Counted from the first letter of the stretch, positions 27,028 through 36,403 are shown. The stretch: 44,536 nucleotides of DNA from a virus (IMGVR_UViG_3300005804_000118:1-44536); one strand, 5' to 3'. Notes: generated by a model from the letters alone, not told the origin. Numbers and translations are program-made.

Positions 27028-27120
27028 AAGCATTGGATAGACCGATGGGTCGAAAAGCACAAAGCCTTAGTGCCTTCCAGTGTTTTTTTATTAGGGCAAA
27101 TTACGAAAGGCGGTAATTAT
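27028..27120 (+). ncRNA. Structured cis-RNA leader of HNH gene
   Basis: Three-way junction plus U7, loop able to pseudoknot, SD in hairpin loop. Confidence 0.45.
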
Positions 27121-27744
27121 ATGCCAAAATTAAAAGATTTGTCAGGCAAGCGATTTGGCAGGTTATTAGTAATTAAGGAGCAAGGTCGAAACAACCGAGG
27201 AAAAGCAGTATGGCTTTGTAAATGTGACTGCGGGAACGAAAAAGCAGTGTATAGTTACTTATTAGTATCAGGGCAAACTCAAAGCTGTGGGTGTTTACAG
27301 AAAGAACTTATCAAAAAAAGATCAATAACTCATGGCCAAAGAACAACCAAACTATACAAAATATGGGCAAACATGAAAAGTCGTTGTAATAATCCTAATG
27401 CTAGCCACTATGAATATTACGGCGGAAAAGGCATAAAGATTTGTGAAGAATGGCATGACTTTAAGGCCTTTCAAATATGGGCTGCAAATAATGGATACAG
27501 TGATGGGCTAACGATTGATCGGATAGACAATGATAAAGACTACTGCCCAGATAATTGCAGATGGATAACTAAAAGACAACAGGCAAGTAATAAGTCAAAT
27601 AATCAAAAAGTTTCTTATCTAGGAAAAACAATGACAATTGCTGAATGGAGCAATGAAACAAAATTATCATATTATGCACTGATACAAAGGTTTCATCTAG
27701 GATGGGATTCAGAAAAAATGTTCAACACTCCAGTTGCAGGCTAG
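27121..27744 (+). CDS. Free-standing HNH homing-endonuclease-like protein
   Basis: DLSGKRFGRL, WLCKCDCG, SCGC, WANMKSRC, YGGKGI, LTIDRIDN..YCPDNCRW. Confidence 0.88.
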   Translation: MPKLKDLSGKRFGRLLVIKEQGRNNRGKAVWLCKCDCGNEKAVYSYLLVSGQTQSCGCLQKELIKKRSITHGQRTTKLYKIWANMKSRCNNPNASHYEYYGGKGIKICEEWHDFKAFQIWAANNGYSDGLTIDRIDNDKDYCPDNCRWITKRQQASNKSNNQKVSYLGKTMTIAEWSNETKLSYYALIQRFHLGWDSEKMFNTPVAG

Positions 27745-27755
27745 GAGCGATATTC

Positions 27756-28439
27756 ATGAGTAAGTACGCAGTGTTACAGAACTTCTACGCTTCGGATCCC
27801 TGGATAAAGTTTAGATTTAATCTAATAGTTGAACGTGGGAGTAAATGCGAGAGATGCAAGGAGATCATTGCTAATACATCGGAAATCATCGGCCATCATA
27901 AAATTGAGCTCACTCCTGAGAATGTCCATGATTATTCCATAAGTCTCAACCCAAAGCTGGTTGAGCTTCTTTGTTTTGATTGTCACCAGAAAGAACATAA
28001 TCGGTTTGGGTACCAAGCAGCCAAGGAAGTCTTTATTGTTTATGGATCGCCATTCTCCGGAAAGAAAACTTTTGTACGTAGTCAAATTCGCCGCGGTGAT
28101 TTAGTTGTTGATATGGATCAACTGTATGCTGCAGTTACAATGCTTCCATTCTTCGACAAGCCGGATAATCTATTAAGTAACGTAAGGGGAATCTATAATC
28201 TGCTATTAGATAACATCAAGACACGTTATGGTAAGTGGAACAATGCCTGGATCATTGGAGGTTACGCTGATCGATACAAGAGAGAAAGACTTACTGAAGA
28301 TCTGGGAGCAGAGCTTGTGTTCTGCGATGTAAGCAAAGAAGAGTGTCTGAGACGGTTAGCCTTGGATGAAGATCGTCAGTACCGGCAGGATGAGTGGCGG
28401 GGATACATTGAAAAGTGGTTTGATGAGTACGTGGCGTAG
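27756..28439 (+). CDS. Terminase-associated HNH nuclease fused to P-loop kinase-like domain
   Basis: FYASDPW, CERC, HHKIEL, LCFDCHQKEH; then VYGSPFSGKKTFV, VVDMD. Confidence 0.82.
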   Translation: MSKYAVLQNFYASDPWIKFRFNLIVERGSKCERCKEIIANTSEIIGHHKIELTPENVHDYSISLNPKLVELLCFDCHQKEHNRFGYQAAKEVFIVYGSPFSGKKTFVRSQIRRGDLVVDMDQLYAAVTMLPFFDKPDNLLSNVRGIYNLLLDNIKTRYGKWNNAWIIGGYADRYKRERLTEDLGAELVFCDVSKEECLRRLALDEDRQYRQDEWRGYIEKWFDEYVA

Positions 28440-28530
28440 GATACCCCCCGGGTCAAAATCGATGGCCTCTGATTGGTAACCGCATAGACAACCCTGGATT
28501 AACGCATGGTCAAAATTTTGAAAATCCTTG
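28440..28530. other. Candidate cos region
   Basis: Between HNH and TerS; C6-GGG run, GGTCAAAAT direct repeat at 28451 and 28508. Confidence 0.5.
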
Positions 28531-28545
28531 GAGGATTTTAGAAAA

Positions 28546-28872
28546 ATGGCAAAGCAAATGGTCTTTGAACAAGAACTGAAGAAATTGCATGAAATCTTTC
28601 AAGATGTTGATGAGTCCAAGAAGAAACTCGTGGAAGGTCTTATCGAAGATGCGGCGTTTATAAAAGCAGCGAATTATGCTTTGAGAGAACTCATCTCCGG
28701 GACTGGAATGGTGAAGGTTCATCCAGACTTTCCAGAGATGCAAAGATCTACTGAGGCAGCTAAACAGTACTTAAAAAACGTGAATAGCTACTCAGTAGTA
28801 ATTAAGACTTTAAATGGAGTCCTTTCCAAAAATGAACTGGATCCTGATGACGGATTGGATGATTTTGAATAA
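28546..28872 (+). CDS. Terminase small subunit, cos-type (P27-like)
   Basis: Helical 108 aa (LIEDAAF..KQYLKNVNSY..IKTL), acidic end DDGLDDFE; position before terL. Confidence 0.72.
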   Translation: MAKQMVFEQELKKLHEIFQDVDESKKKLVEGLIEDAAFIKAANYALRELISGTGMVKVHPDFPEMQRSTEAAKQYLKNVNSYSVVIKTLNGVLSKNELDPDDGLDDFE

Positions 28873-28886
28873 AGGCTGGTGCAGTT

Positions 28887-29393
28887 ATGATTGAACCTGC
28901 AATAAAACATGAAAATGCTTTGCAGGCTCTTTTTTTAGAGCATGCATTCAATGAAAAATATAAATATTATTGGCCTTGCTCCCGGAGAGACAAGTATAAT
29001 GCACCAATAAGTACATGGGATAAAATGGAGTGGGCAGTCTTAGAAAATGGCAAGATTATTGGCCTTCTGGGCTACTCTATTGATAGAGATTCATTGATTT
29101 CAGATAGCTTTTACGCTATAAACTTTGCCGGAAAAAGTCTTACTTTCTCTAAGGCAATCATTCGTGTTATTGATGATCTCTTTACAGTTTTTAAATTTAG
29201 GAAACTGCGCTTTAGCGTAGAAGTTGGTAATCCGATTGAATCTTCTTATGATCGTCTTGTAGAAAAATATGGGGGAAGGATCTGCGGGTTATGGCGTCAA
29301 GATAGTAAGCTTTTCGATGGAACAATAACAGATAAAAAATGGTATGAAATTCTTCGCGATGATTACCTTTTAAGGAAGAGCCAACATGGTTAA
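28887..29393 (+). CDS. GNAT (RimJ/RimL-like) acetyltransferase-fold protein
   Basis: ENGKIIGLLGY, LFTVFKFRKLRFSVEVGN, YGGRICG..DG...D..YEILRDDY. Confidence 0.65.
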   Translation: MIEPAIKHENALQALFLEHAFNEKYKYYWPCSRRDKYNAPISTWDKMEWAVLENGKIIGLLGYSIDRDSLISDSFYAINFAGKSLTFSKAIIRVIDDLFTVFKFRKLRFSVEVGNPIESSYDRLVEKYGGRICGLWRQDSKLFDGTITDKKWYEILRDDYLLRKSQHG

Positions 29394-31104
29394 TCAAACC
29401 AACTCCTTCCTACTCGAATATATCCAGAAATGCAAATCCGGGGAAATCATCATTGGACACGAACTAATGATGATGCTTGATATCCTTTTCTCCCACTTCG
29501 AAAACCCCGATATAAGATTTGAAACAGAGGATGCCCATAAACGTATCAAGTTTATTGAATCCAAATGTAAACACTATGAAGCTCCATTTGCCGGAAAACC
29601 CTTTATACTCATGCTCTTCCAGAAAGCCTTTATCGAGGCTTTTTATAGTTTTAAGATTTTCGATGAAGAAGTCGACCGGTGGGTAAGGCTTTACCAGGAA
29701 TACTTACTGGTAATCGGCAGAAAGAATGGAAAAACACCATTTGTTTCAGCTCAGGACTTAGCTGAGTTTTTTTGTGGGCCTCAAGGAATTAAGATACTTT
29801 GTTCAAGTAACGATTATGAGCAAGCAGATCTGATGTTCCAGGCTATTGATGCCATGAGGGAAGAAAGCCTGGAGCTTGAACGAGTAACCCGTAAAAACAT
29901 AAAGGGAATCTTCTTTGGCAATCCAAAAAGCCGAAAGCGCAGCGGTAAGTTCTCTATCAAAAACAAAGGATCTATTCGAAAGATATCTGCTAAGACGGGA
30001 GCTAAAGAAGGACGTAACATCGCTGTTGGTTCGGTGGATGAGATCCATGAAATGAAAAATAACTCATCAGTCATGCCTATTAGACAAGCATTATCAACCC
30101 AGGATGAACCTATTTATGGAGAGATCACCACTGAAGGAGTCGTAAATGATGGGTATCTTGATGATAGATTAAAAGAAGCAAGACAAGTATTAGCTGGCGA
30201 ACTAGATAGGCCTCGTTGGTTAATTTGGTTATATACCCAAGATAGTGAAAGGGAAATCTGGCAGGATGAAAAATCATGGGTAAAGAGTAATCCTGGCTTA
30301 GGTACAATCAAAAAGTGGAGTTACCTTCGTCAAATGGTAGCCGAAGCGCAAACTAGTAAAGCAACCAGAGTCTTTGTATTATCTAAAGACTTTAATATTA
30401 AGCAGAACAATGCTTCTGCGTGGTTAACTTCTGAGGATATCTATAATCCTGAAACCTTTGATATTGAAGAATTCAGGAACGGCTTCGCAATTGGCTCCGT
30501 AGACTTATCGAAGTCAGGCGACTTAGCAAGTGCCAGGGCATTACTCATGAAGCCTGGCAGCCAAAAGAAATATTTCCTTCGAAAATACTTTATCCCGCAG
30601 TCTAAGTTAGAAAACCTCTCTGGGGATGACAGGAAAATATTTGAGCAATGGATCCGTGAAGATCGGATCACCGTATCTGAAGGAAATGAAAACGACTTCA
30701 GCTTGGTAACTGCCTGGTTCGTAAGATTATTTAAGGACTATGGAATAAGATTCTTCAAAGTAGGTTATGACAAATGGTCTGCAATTTACTGGGTTAAAGA
30801 AATGGAAGGCTATGGTTTTGACTGTGTTCGTGTGGCCCAGGAGTATGGCAGCATGTCCGAGCCTATGAAATTAGTTGAGGCTGACCTTAAGAGCAATCTA
30901 ATTAACTACAATAACGATCCAATCGATAAATGGTGCTTAGAGAATACGGCCTTTAACATTAACTCCAAAGAGGAAATTATGCCGGTTAAGGTCCAGGGTA
31001 AAGAAGATAAGAAGATTGACGGAGCAGTAACTATGATAATTGCTTATAGGGTGTACATCGATAATCGAACAGAGTTTCTTGAACTGGTTAAGAGAATGGC
31101 TTAA
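29386..31104 (+). CDS. terL: Terminase large subunit (Terminase_1, cos-type)
   Basis: IGRKNGKT, SVDEIHE, ITTEG, KSNPGLG, VDLS, GYDKW, KIDGAV. Confidence 0.95.
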   Translation: MVNQTNSFLLEYIQKCKSGEIIIGHELMMMLDILFSHFENPDIRFETEDAHKRIKFIESKCKHYEAPFAGKPFILMLFQKAFIEAFYSFKIFDEEVDRWVRLYQEYLLVIGRKNGKTPFVSAQDLAEFFCGPQGIKILCSSNDYEQADLMFQAIDAMREESLELERVTRKNIKGIFFGNPKSRKRSGKFSIKNKGSIRKISAKTGAKEGRNIAVGSVDEIHEMKNNSSVMPIRQALSTQDEPIYGEITTEGVVNDGYLDDRLKEARQVLAGELDRPRWLIWLYTQDSEREIWQDEKSWVKSNPGLGTIKKWSYLRQMVAEAQTSKATRVFVLSKDFNIKQNNASAWLTSEDIYNPETFDIEEFRNGFAIGSVDLSKSGDLASARALLMKPGSQKKYFLRKYFIPQSKLENLSGDDRKIFEQWIREDRITVSEGNENDFSLVTAWFVRLFKDYGIRFFKVGYDKWSAIYWVKEMEGYGFDCVRVAQEYGSMSEPMKLVEADLKSNLINYNNDPIDKWCLENTAFNINSKEEIMPVKVQGKEDKKIDGAVTMIIAYRVYIDNRTEFLELVKRMA

Positions 31105-31123
31105 AAGAGTGGGGTGATAAACG

Positions 31124-32359
31124 TTGGCATTGAAAAATATCTTTAGTAATTTTACTAAAAAAGTAAGCCAGATGTGGTATGCTCGGATGCTTAATGGGTA
31201 TACGCCTATATTTTCTCAGTTTGGACAAAGCATTTACGCTTCAGATATTGTGCAAATGTGTATTGATAGGATAGCAACGGAAATAAGTAAACTCCAGCCT
31301 CGTCACATCCGAACAGATGGAAATAGAATGCAGAAGATAGCAAAAAGCAGTATTAACCGGCTTTTTAAATTTAAGCCAAATCCTATCATGACCACACATG
31401 ACTTCCTGGAAAAAGTAATTTGGCTTCTCTTTACGGATTATAACTGCTTTATTTATCCGACCTATGTCACAGTTGAAGGCATTACAAGCTACAACGGACT
31501 CTATCCACTCAAGCCGTCACGAGTCGAGTTTCTACAGGATATCACCGAAAGGCTTTTTGTGAGGTTACACTTTCAAACCGGTGATAACTATACCATCCCA
31601 TACTCAGACATTATCCACTTGCGTAAAAAGTTTAGTGTTAACGATATTATGGGAGGCGGAGCAAACGGCCAGCCTGATAACGCAGCCCTTTTAAAGGTTC
31701 TGGAAGTCAATGATATTGTCATGCAGGGGATAGGGAAAGCAATAAAGACTAGTCTAAGCATTAAAGTTATACAAAAAATCAATACCATGCTGGACGATGA
31801 AAAATTACAAGCCGAGAGGCAAAGACTCGAGACCGCAATTTCAAATGGTGATTCAGCAATAGTGCCGACAGACATGAAAGGTGAGTTCACACCCCTTACG
31901 GTTGATCCCAAAATCATTGATAAAGAAATACTAGATTTTCTACAAAACAAAGTATTGAATTGGTATGGCGTGTCAGTTCCGATTTTAACAGGCAAATTCA
32001 CAGATGAAGAATATCAAGCCTTTTACGAACAAACCTTAGAGCCTATCATCATCAGTTTAGGACAAGCTTTTTCAAGTTGCTTATTTACAGATCGAGAGCT
32101 TGACCATGGAAACGAAATAATTTTCTATCACCGAGACATGATGTACCTCAGCACGAAGTCGAAACTTAACCTCATTAAAATCGCTGGTGAACAAGGTCTT
32201 ATGCGAGATAATCAGAAACTTGCGTTACTTGGTTACCCACCAATTGAAGGCGGGGAAAGGATTACTCAGAGCCTTAACTTCATCGACCGCAGTATTATCA
32301 ACACGTATCAACTTAATGGATTAAAGCTTAAGCAAAAGGAGGATAAAAAAGATGATTAA
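31124..32359 (+). CDS. HK97-family portal protein
   Basis: CIDRIATEISKL, KPNPIMT, DIIHLR, YGVSVPIL, LGYPPIEGG; after terL. Confidence 0.9.
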   Translation: MALKNIFSNFTKKVSQMWYARMLNGYTPIFSQFGQSIYASDIVQMCIDRIATEISKLQPRHIRTDGNRMQKIAKSSINRLFKFKPNPIMTTHDFLEKVIWLLFTDYNCFIYPTYVTVEGITSYNGLYPLKPSRVEFLQDITERLFVRLHFQTGDNYTIPYSDIIHLRKKFSVNDIMGGGANGQPDNAALLKVLEVNDIVMQGIGKAIKTSLSIKVIQKINTMLDDEKLQAERQRLETAISNGDSAIVPTDMKGEFTPLTVDPKIIDKEILDFLQNKVLNWYGVSVPILTGKFTDEEYQAFYEQTLEPIIISLGQAFSSCLFTDRELDHGNEIIFYHRDMMYLSTKSKLNLIKIAGEQGLMRDNQKLALLGYPPIEGGERITQSLNFIDRSIINTYQLNGLKLKQKEDKKDD

Positions 32360-33008
32360 CAATAAGAATCTGCCTAAGAAAGACCAAAGCGAATACAGAA
32401 GTTTCTCTATGGCTGAATTCAGGGCCTTACAGGAAGAAGATAAGCCAATAATTGAAGGACACTCGGCCGTATACAACAAAAAAACAAATATCGGAGATTG
32501 GTTCTATGAAGTTATCGAGCGTGGAGCATTTGAGGGCTGCGACTTTGATGACGTTTTGTTCTGTATCAATCATGAAACAAGGAAGATTCCTGTAGCTCGC
32601 TCCAGAAGAAACAATAAGAATTCAACGATGCAAATCAGCACTGACAATGAGGGCCTATTTGTAAGAGCTTATCCGGACATTGAAAACAACAGTGAGTCAA
32701 AGAGTCTATATCATTCTATTCAGCGTAGTGATATTGACGGCATGTCTTTTATATTCCAAGTTGCTGAAGAACGCTGGGAAGACCTCGATAAAGATATGCC
32801 TACCAGGTACATTATTAAATTTAAGAAAGTATACGAGGTATCAGCTGTCACAATGCCAGCTTACCGAGATACAGATATATCTGCCCGTGATCAGCAAGCA
32901 TTGGAGAATGCGCGCATGGCATTGGAGAATGCCAGATCAGAGTTGGTGAACTCGAAAAACGAGGTAGAGTTTTTAAAACTTAAATCACAAATTCTCATGA
33001 AAGGTTAA
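32352..33008 (+). CDS. HK97-family prohead protease
   Basis: IEGHSAVY, EVIERGAF, INH, IDGMSF, YEVSAVTMPAY. Confidence 0.93.
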   Translation: MINNKNLPKKDQSEYRSFSMAEFRALQEEDKPIIEGHSAVYNKKTNIGDWFYEVIERGAFEGCDFDDVLFCINHETRKIPVARSRRNNKNSTMQISTDNEGLFVRAYPDIENNSESKSLYHSIQRSDIDGMSFIFQVAEERWEDLDKDMPTRYIIKFKKVYEVSAVTMPAYRDTDISARDQQALENARMALENARSELVNSKNEVEFLKLKSQILMKG

Positions 33009-33018
33009 GGTGACTCAT

Positions 33019-34302
33019 ATGAAAAAGAAATTACTCGCGCTGCTTCAGAAGAAAGAAGCAAGAAAAGCAGAGCTTGGAACTAAGGCTGCTGCAACCGAAG
33101 ATGTAAAGGAACTCCGTGCCATTAACGTCGAACTGGAAACTATTAATGGCGAAATTGGTGAACTTCGTGGCATGATCGATGCGATTCCAGATGAGGAGCC
33201 TGAAGGAAGATCCAAGGGCAAGAATAATCAAGCTCCGGACGATGAAGATGACGATCAGGATGAATTTCGTTCTGAAAAACTCAATGGTAAAACCGAGCAA
33301 CGTGGAGCTGCTCCCAAAGGTGGACTGAACCCGCTGGGAACATATTCAATCGGCGCTGATCAGGGAGAAGCGAGGGCTAAACAACTCAAAGAGGCATCCG
33401 AAAAAAGAGGAAAAGAATTAAAAGAAGGTCGTGCCGTTACAGTTGGATCGAGCAATGTCATTCTTCCGCAGCACCAGGGGACAGAAATCCGTCCAACCTT
33501 TAATGAAGTATCGACCCTTTTGGATCGAGTTACCATTAAGCCGTTAATCGGCGGCGAAAGCTTCAAACAAGCCTATGTTACCGGTTATGGAGAAGGCGGA
33601 GCTACTGCTGAAGGCGGGGATTATACGGAAGCAGAAGCAACATTTGGCTATGCAGACATCAATAAAGCCAAAATCACGGCTTATGCAGAAGATACCGAAG
33701 AACTTCAAAAGCTTCCCGCTGCCGATTATGACGGAGAGGTAATGAAGGGTATCAGAATTGCCGAAAGAAAGCATTTGACCCGTCAGATTCTAATCGGAAC
33801 TGGTGCCACAAATCGTCTCGCAGGAATCTTTTCTACTGCTGCCACTGCGATTGATGACTCCACCGACCTGGAAATTACTGAAATTGATGAAACCACTCTG
33901 GATGAAATCATCTACAGCTTCGGCGGCGATGAAGATGTTGAGGATCTGGCAACATTGGTACTCAATAAGAAGGACCTCAAGGCCTTTGCAATGCTCCGGG
34001 ATGCAGACGGTAACAAGATCCATAAGGTAACCAGCAAAGGGAATACCGGGGATATCGATGGCGTTCCGTTTATCATCAACAGTGCCTGCAAGGCTATCTC
34101 CGATGCCACAACCACAACCGGCCAGTACGGCATGGCTTATGGACCTTTATCCAACTATATGCTGACCATTTTCTCTGATCTGGAAGTTTCCCGTTCCACC
34201 GATTACAAATTTAAGCAAGGCATGATTGCCCATAAGGGCGTTGTATTTACCGGCGGTAACGTTGTCTCTAAGAACGGTTTCCTCAGAGTTAAAAAGGGTT
34301 AA
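33019..34302 (+). CDS. HK97-fold major capsid protein
   Basis: N-terminal coiled-coil delta domain, LRDADG, IDGVP; follows protease. Confidence 0.9.
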   Translation: MKKKLLALLQKKEARKAELGTKAAATEDVKELRAINVELETINGEIGELRGMIDAIPDEEPEGRSKGKNNQAPDDEDDDQDEFRSEKLNGKTEQRGAAPKGGLNPLGTYSIGADQGEARAKQLKEASEKRGKELKEGRAVTVGSSNVILPQHQGTEIRPTFNEVSTLLDRVTIKPLIGGESFKQAYVTGYGEGGATAEGGDYTEAEATFGYADINKAKITAYAEDTEELQKLPAADYDGEVMKGIRIAERKHLTRQILIGTGATNRLAGIFSTAATAIDDSTDLEITEIDETTLDEIIYSFGGDEDVEDLATLVLNKKDLKAFAMLRDADGNKIHKVTSKGNTGDIDGVPFIINSACKAISDATTTTGQYGMAYGPLSNYMLTIFSDLEVSRSTDYKFKQGMIAHKGVVFTGGNVVSKNGFLRVKKG

Positions 34303-34321
34303 GAACACCATCAAATAAATT

Positions 34322-34355
34322 GATTTAAGACGGGTATTTTTACCCGTCTTAAATC
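34322..34355 (+). terminator. Perfect 15-bp hairpin after capsid gene (terminator or mRNA stabiliser)
   Basis: GATTTAAGACGGGTA-TTTT-TACCCGTCTTAAATC; no long U-tract. Confidence 0.6.
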
Positions 34356-34376
34356 TTAGATAAGGAGGATTCGTCC

Positions 34377-35315
34377 ATGTATATTCCTTATGACCCCAAA
34401 AAAGGTCAAAAAATTAAAACAAATGCTAAGAATGTTACTGTTGACCGTGCCTTTCTTGCTCATTTTCAGGTACCGGCCGCAGCGGCCGTAGCTGCCTCAA
34501 GTACAGCTGTTCGTGCTGCAGTAAACCTTAGCGCTGAAGCTCAAGAAATCACCAGTGGAATCACAAATCCTGCAGTTCCCCGCGGCTTGCGTATTAAAGG
34601 TAATGTGTCCGGCGTGACTGGGAACGTGGTTATTACTGGGACAAACTATGCCGGAGAAGAAATTTCTGAAACGATTGCTCTGAACGGGGCAAATGCCGTC
34701 GACGGCGCCAAAGCGTTTAAAACAGTCGCGCAGATTGATCTTCCTGCTCAAAGCCATACGCCGACCGCTCAGGTTGAAACAGCTACGGTAGTCGGAACTG
34801 TCACTACTACAGGAAACGCCACAGTAATTGTTACTTGCGCTGGCATGACTGGTACTCCAAAGACAATTAGTGTAGCTGTAGGCGAAGGGGATACCGCAGC
34901 TGCCGTTGCAGGGAAAATTCGTGATGCACTTTCTGCTGACGCCGCGGTTTCAGCATTATTTGCAGTCAGTGGTACCGGAGCAGCAGTTGTTCTGACCAAG
35001 CTGGTACCGGCTGCAAATATCGCAAATCTAAACATCTCTATTGATAACGGGACCTGCGCTGGACTAACTACTGCAGCATCTTCTGCAGATACAACTGCTG
35101 GTGTGGGATATGACACCGTATCCGTAGGCTTCAGCGATATACTTGGCCTGCCGTTCTTGCTACCTCACAACACTGTTTTACAGACTTTTGTAGATAATGC
35201 CCTGGAATCTACAGTAGCCACTGTGGCAACCAGTGCTACTGCGATTGAAAGCAATACCATTGATCCAAATACTGCCCTTAGCGGTAAAGTTGTTGATGCA
35301 TACCTCATCGTCTAG
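34377..35315 (+). CDS. Putative capsid decoration / structural protein
   Basis: Ala/Thr/Val/Gly-rich beta-type sequence directly after capsid gene, strong AAGGAGG RBS. Confidence 0.55.
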   Translation: MYIPYDPKKGQKIKTNAKNVTVDRAFLAHFQVPAAAAVAASSTAVRAAVNLSAEAQEITSGITNPAVPRGLRIKGNVSGVTGNVVITGTNYAGEEISETIALNGANAVDGAKAFKTVAQIDLPAQSHTPTAQVETATVVGTVTTTGNATVIVTCAGMTGTPKTISVAVGEGDTAAAVAGKIRDALSADAAVSALFAVSGTGAAVVLTKLVPAANIANLNISIDNGTCAGLTTAASSADTTAGVGYDTVSVGFSDILGLPFLLPHNTVLQTFVDNALESTVATVATSATAIESNTIDPNTALSGKVVDAYLIV

Positions 35316-35331
35316 TCAGGCGGTGATTTAA

Positions 35332-35625
35332 ATGGCAATACTTACACCGCAAGAGGTTGAGGATATTCTTAAACTTGAAAGCCTTGAGGATTACCCGGAA
35401 CTAAACATATGGCTGCCAGGCGTTGATGACGTAATAAAGACAGCAACCGGAAAAGACTGGGGAGCGGATGCTGTAAAAGATCCAACGGCAAAGATGTTGG
35501 CATGCGTCCTTGTTATAAGGTGGTTTGAAAACCCCGGAATGATAGGGAAGATTGATCTTGCTGACAAAAACATCGTTGCCCTTGTGGGACAATTACATGC
35601 CAAAGCTCTCATAGAGGGTGGTTGA
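35332..35625 (+). CDS. Head-tail connector (gp6-like)
   Basis: 97 aa, IKTATG, LVIRWFENP; position. Confidence 0.7.
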   Translation: MAILTPQEVEDILKLESLEDYPELNIWLPGVDDVIKTATGKDWGADAVKDPTAKMLACVLVIRWFENPGMIGKIDLADKNIVALVGQLHAKALIEGG

Positions 35626-35626
35626 T

Positions 35627-35971
35627 ATGAATCCTGGTGATTTAAATAAGTGCTTGGAAATATGGGGTAAAGTAGAATTTACAAACGAACTAAATGAAAA
35701 GGATTTCAGAGACGCCCTAATTAAAACTGCCTGGGGAGGATTTGATAAAGTTAATCAACAGACAGGCAACCAAATCATTGGTGTTGCAGATACCATTTTC
35801 AGCAAAACCACTCATAAAATAAAGCTGCGATATCACACTAGCAAAACCTTGACAGAGGCAAACTGGTTTATGTATGAAGGACATCGATTTGATATTAAGT
35901 ATATTCTGGATCCGTTCTTTAAACATGAAAGCCTCGAATTCTTTTGTGAGGAAGTGCGAGGAGATGGCTAG
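35627..35971 (+). CDS. Head closure protein
   Basis: MNPGDLN..THKIKLRY..YEGHRFDIKYI. Confidence 0.82.
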   Translation: MNPGDLNKCLEIWGKVEFTNELNEKDFRDALIKTAWGGFDKVNQQTGNQIIGVADTIFSKTTHKIKLRYHTSKTLTEANWFMYEGHRFDIKYILDPFFKHESLEFFCEEVRGDG

Positions 35972-36395
35972 TATAGGCTTTGACATTCGTGAACTGAAGA
36001 ACTACGAAAAAAACCTTTTGGATTTAGCCACGGACTTTCAAAAAGGAAAATATGCAAAGAATTTCCTAAAAAAAGAAGGCAATAAGCTAAGAAGAAAAAC
36101 ACTAGCCATTGCCAAAAGAAAAGTTAAAAAGCTTTCAGGAAACTATTTCAAATCAATCAAACGTGGAAAAGTTTATCTGTACAAAAATACTGGGGCATGG
36201 AGCATTCGTGTATATTCAAATGCCCCACACGCTCACTTAATCGAAGACGGCCACAGGCAAGTCGCGGCCGATGGAAGAGAAGTTGGATTTGTGCCTGGTA
36301 AACATGTGTTTTCAGACAGTGAAAAACAGTTTGCAGGGGAATATTTTAGCGATGTTCAAGACTTCATAGATGATGTATTAAGAAAAGGACTGTAG
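35964..36395 (+). CDS. HK97 gp10-like neck protein
   Basis: SGNYFKSI, APHAHLIEDGHR, GFVPGKHVF. Confidence 0.85.
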   Translation: MASIGFDIRELKNYEKNLLDLATDFQKGKYAKNFLKKEGNKLRRKTLAIAKRKVKKLSGNYFKSIKRGKVYLYKNTGAWSIRVYSNAPHAHLIEDGHRQVAADGREVGFVPGKHVFSDSEKQFAGEYFSDVQDFIDDVLRKGL

Positions 36396-36403
36396 GTGGT
36401 TAT

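Noticed and set aside
27017-27755. Group I intron, hammerhead ribozyme or IscB/HEARO element around the HNH gene
   Set aside because: Upstream gene has its own stop, only ~100 nt of noncoding sequence, no catalytic core motifs and no RuvC motifs
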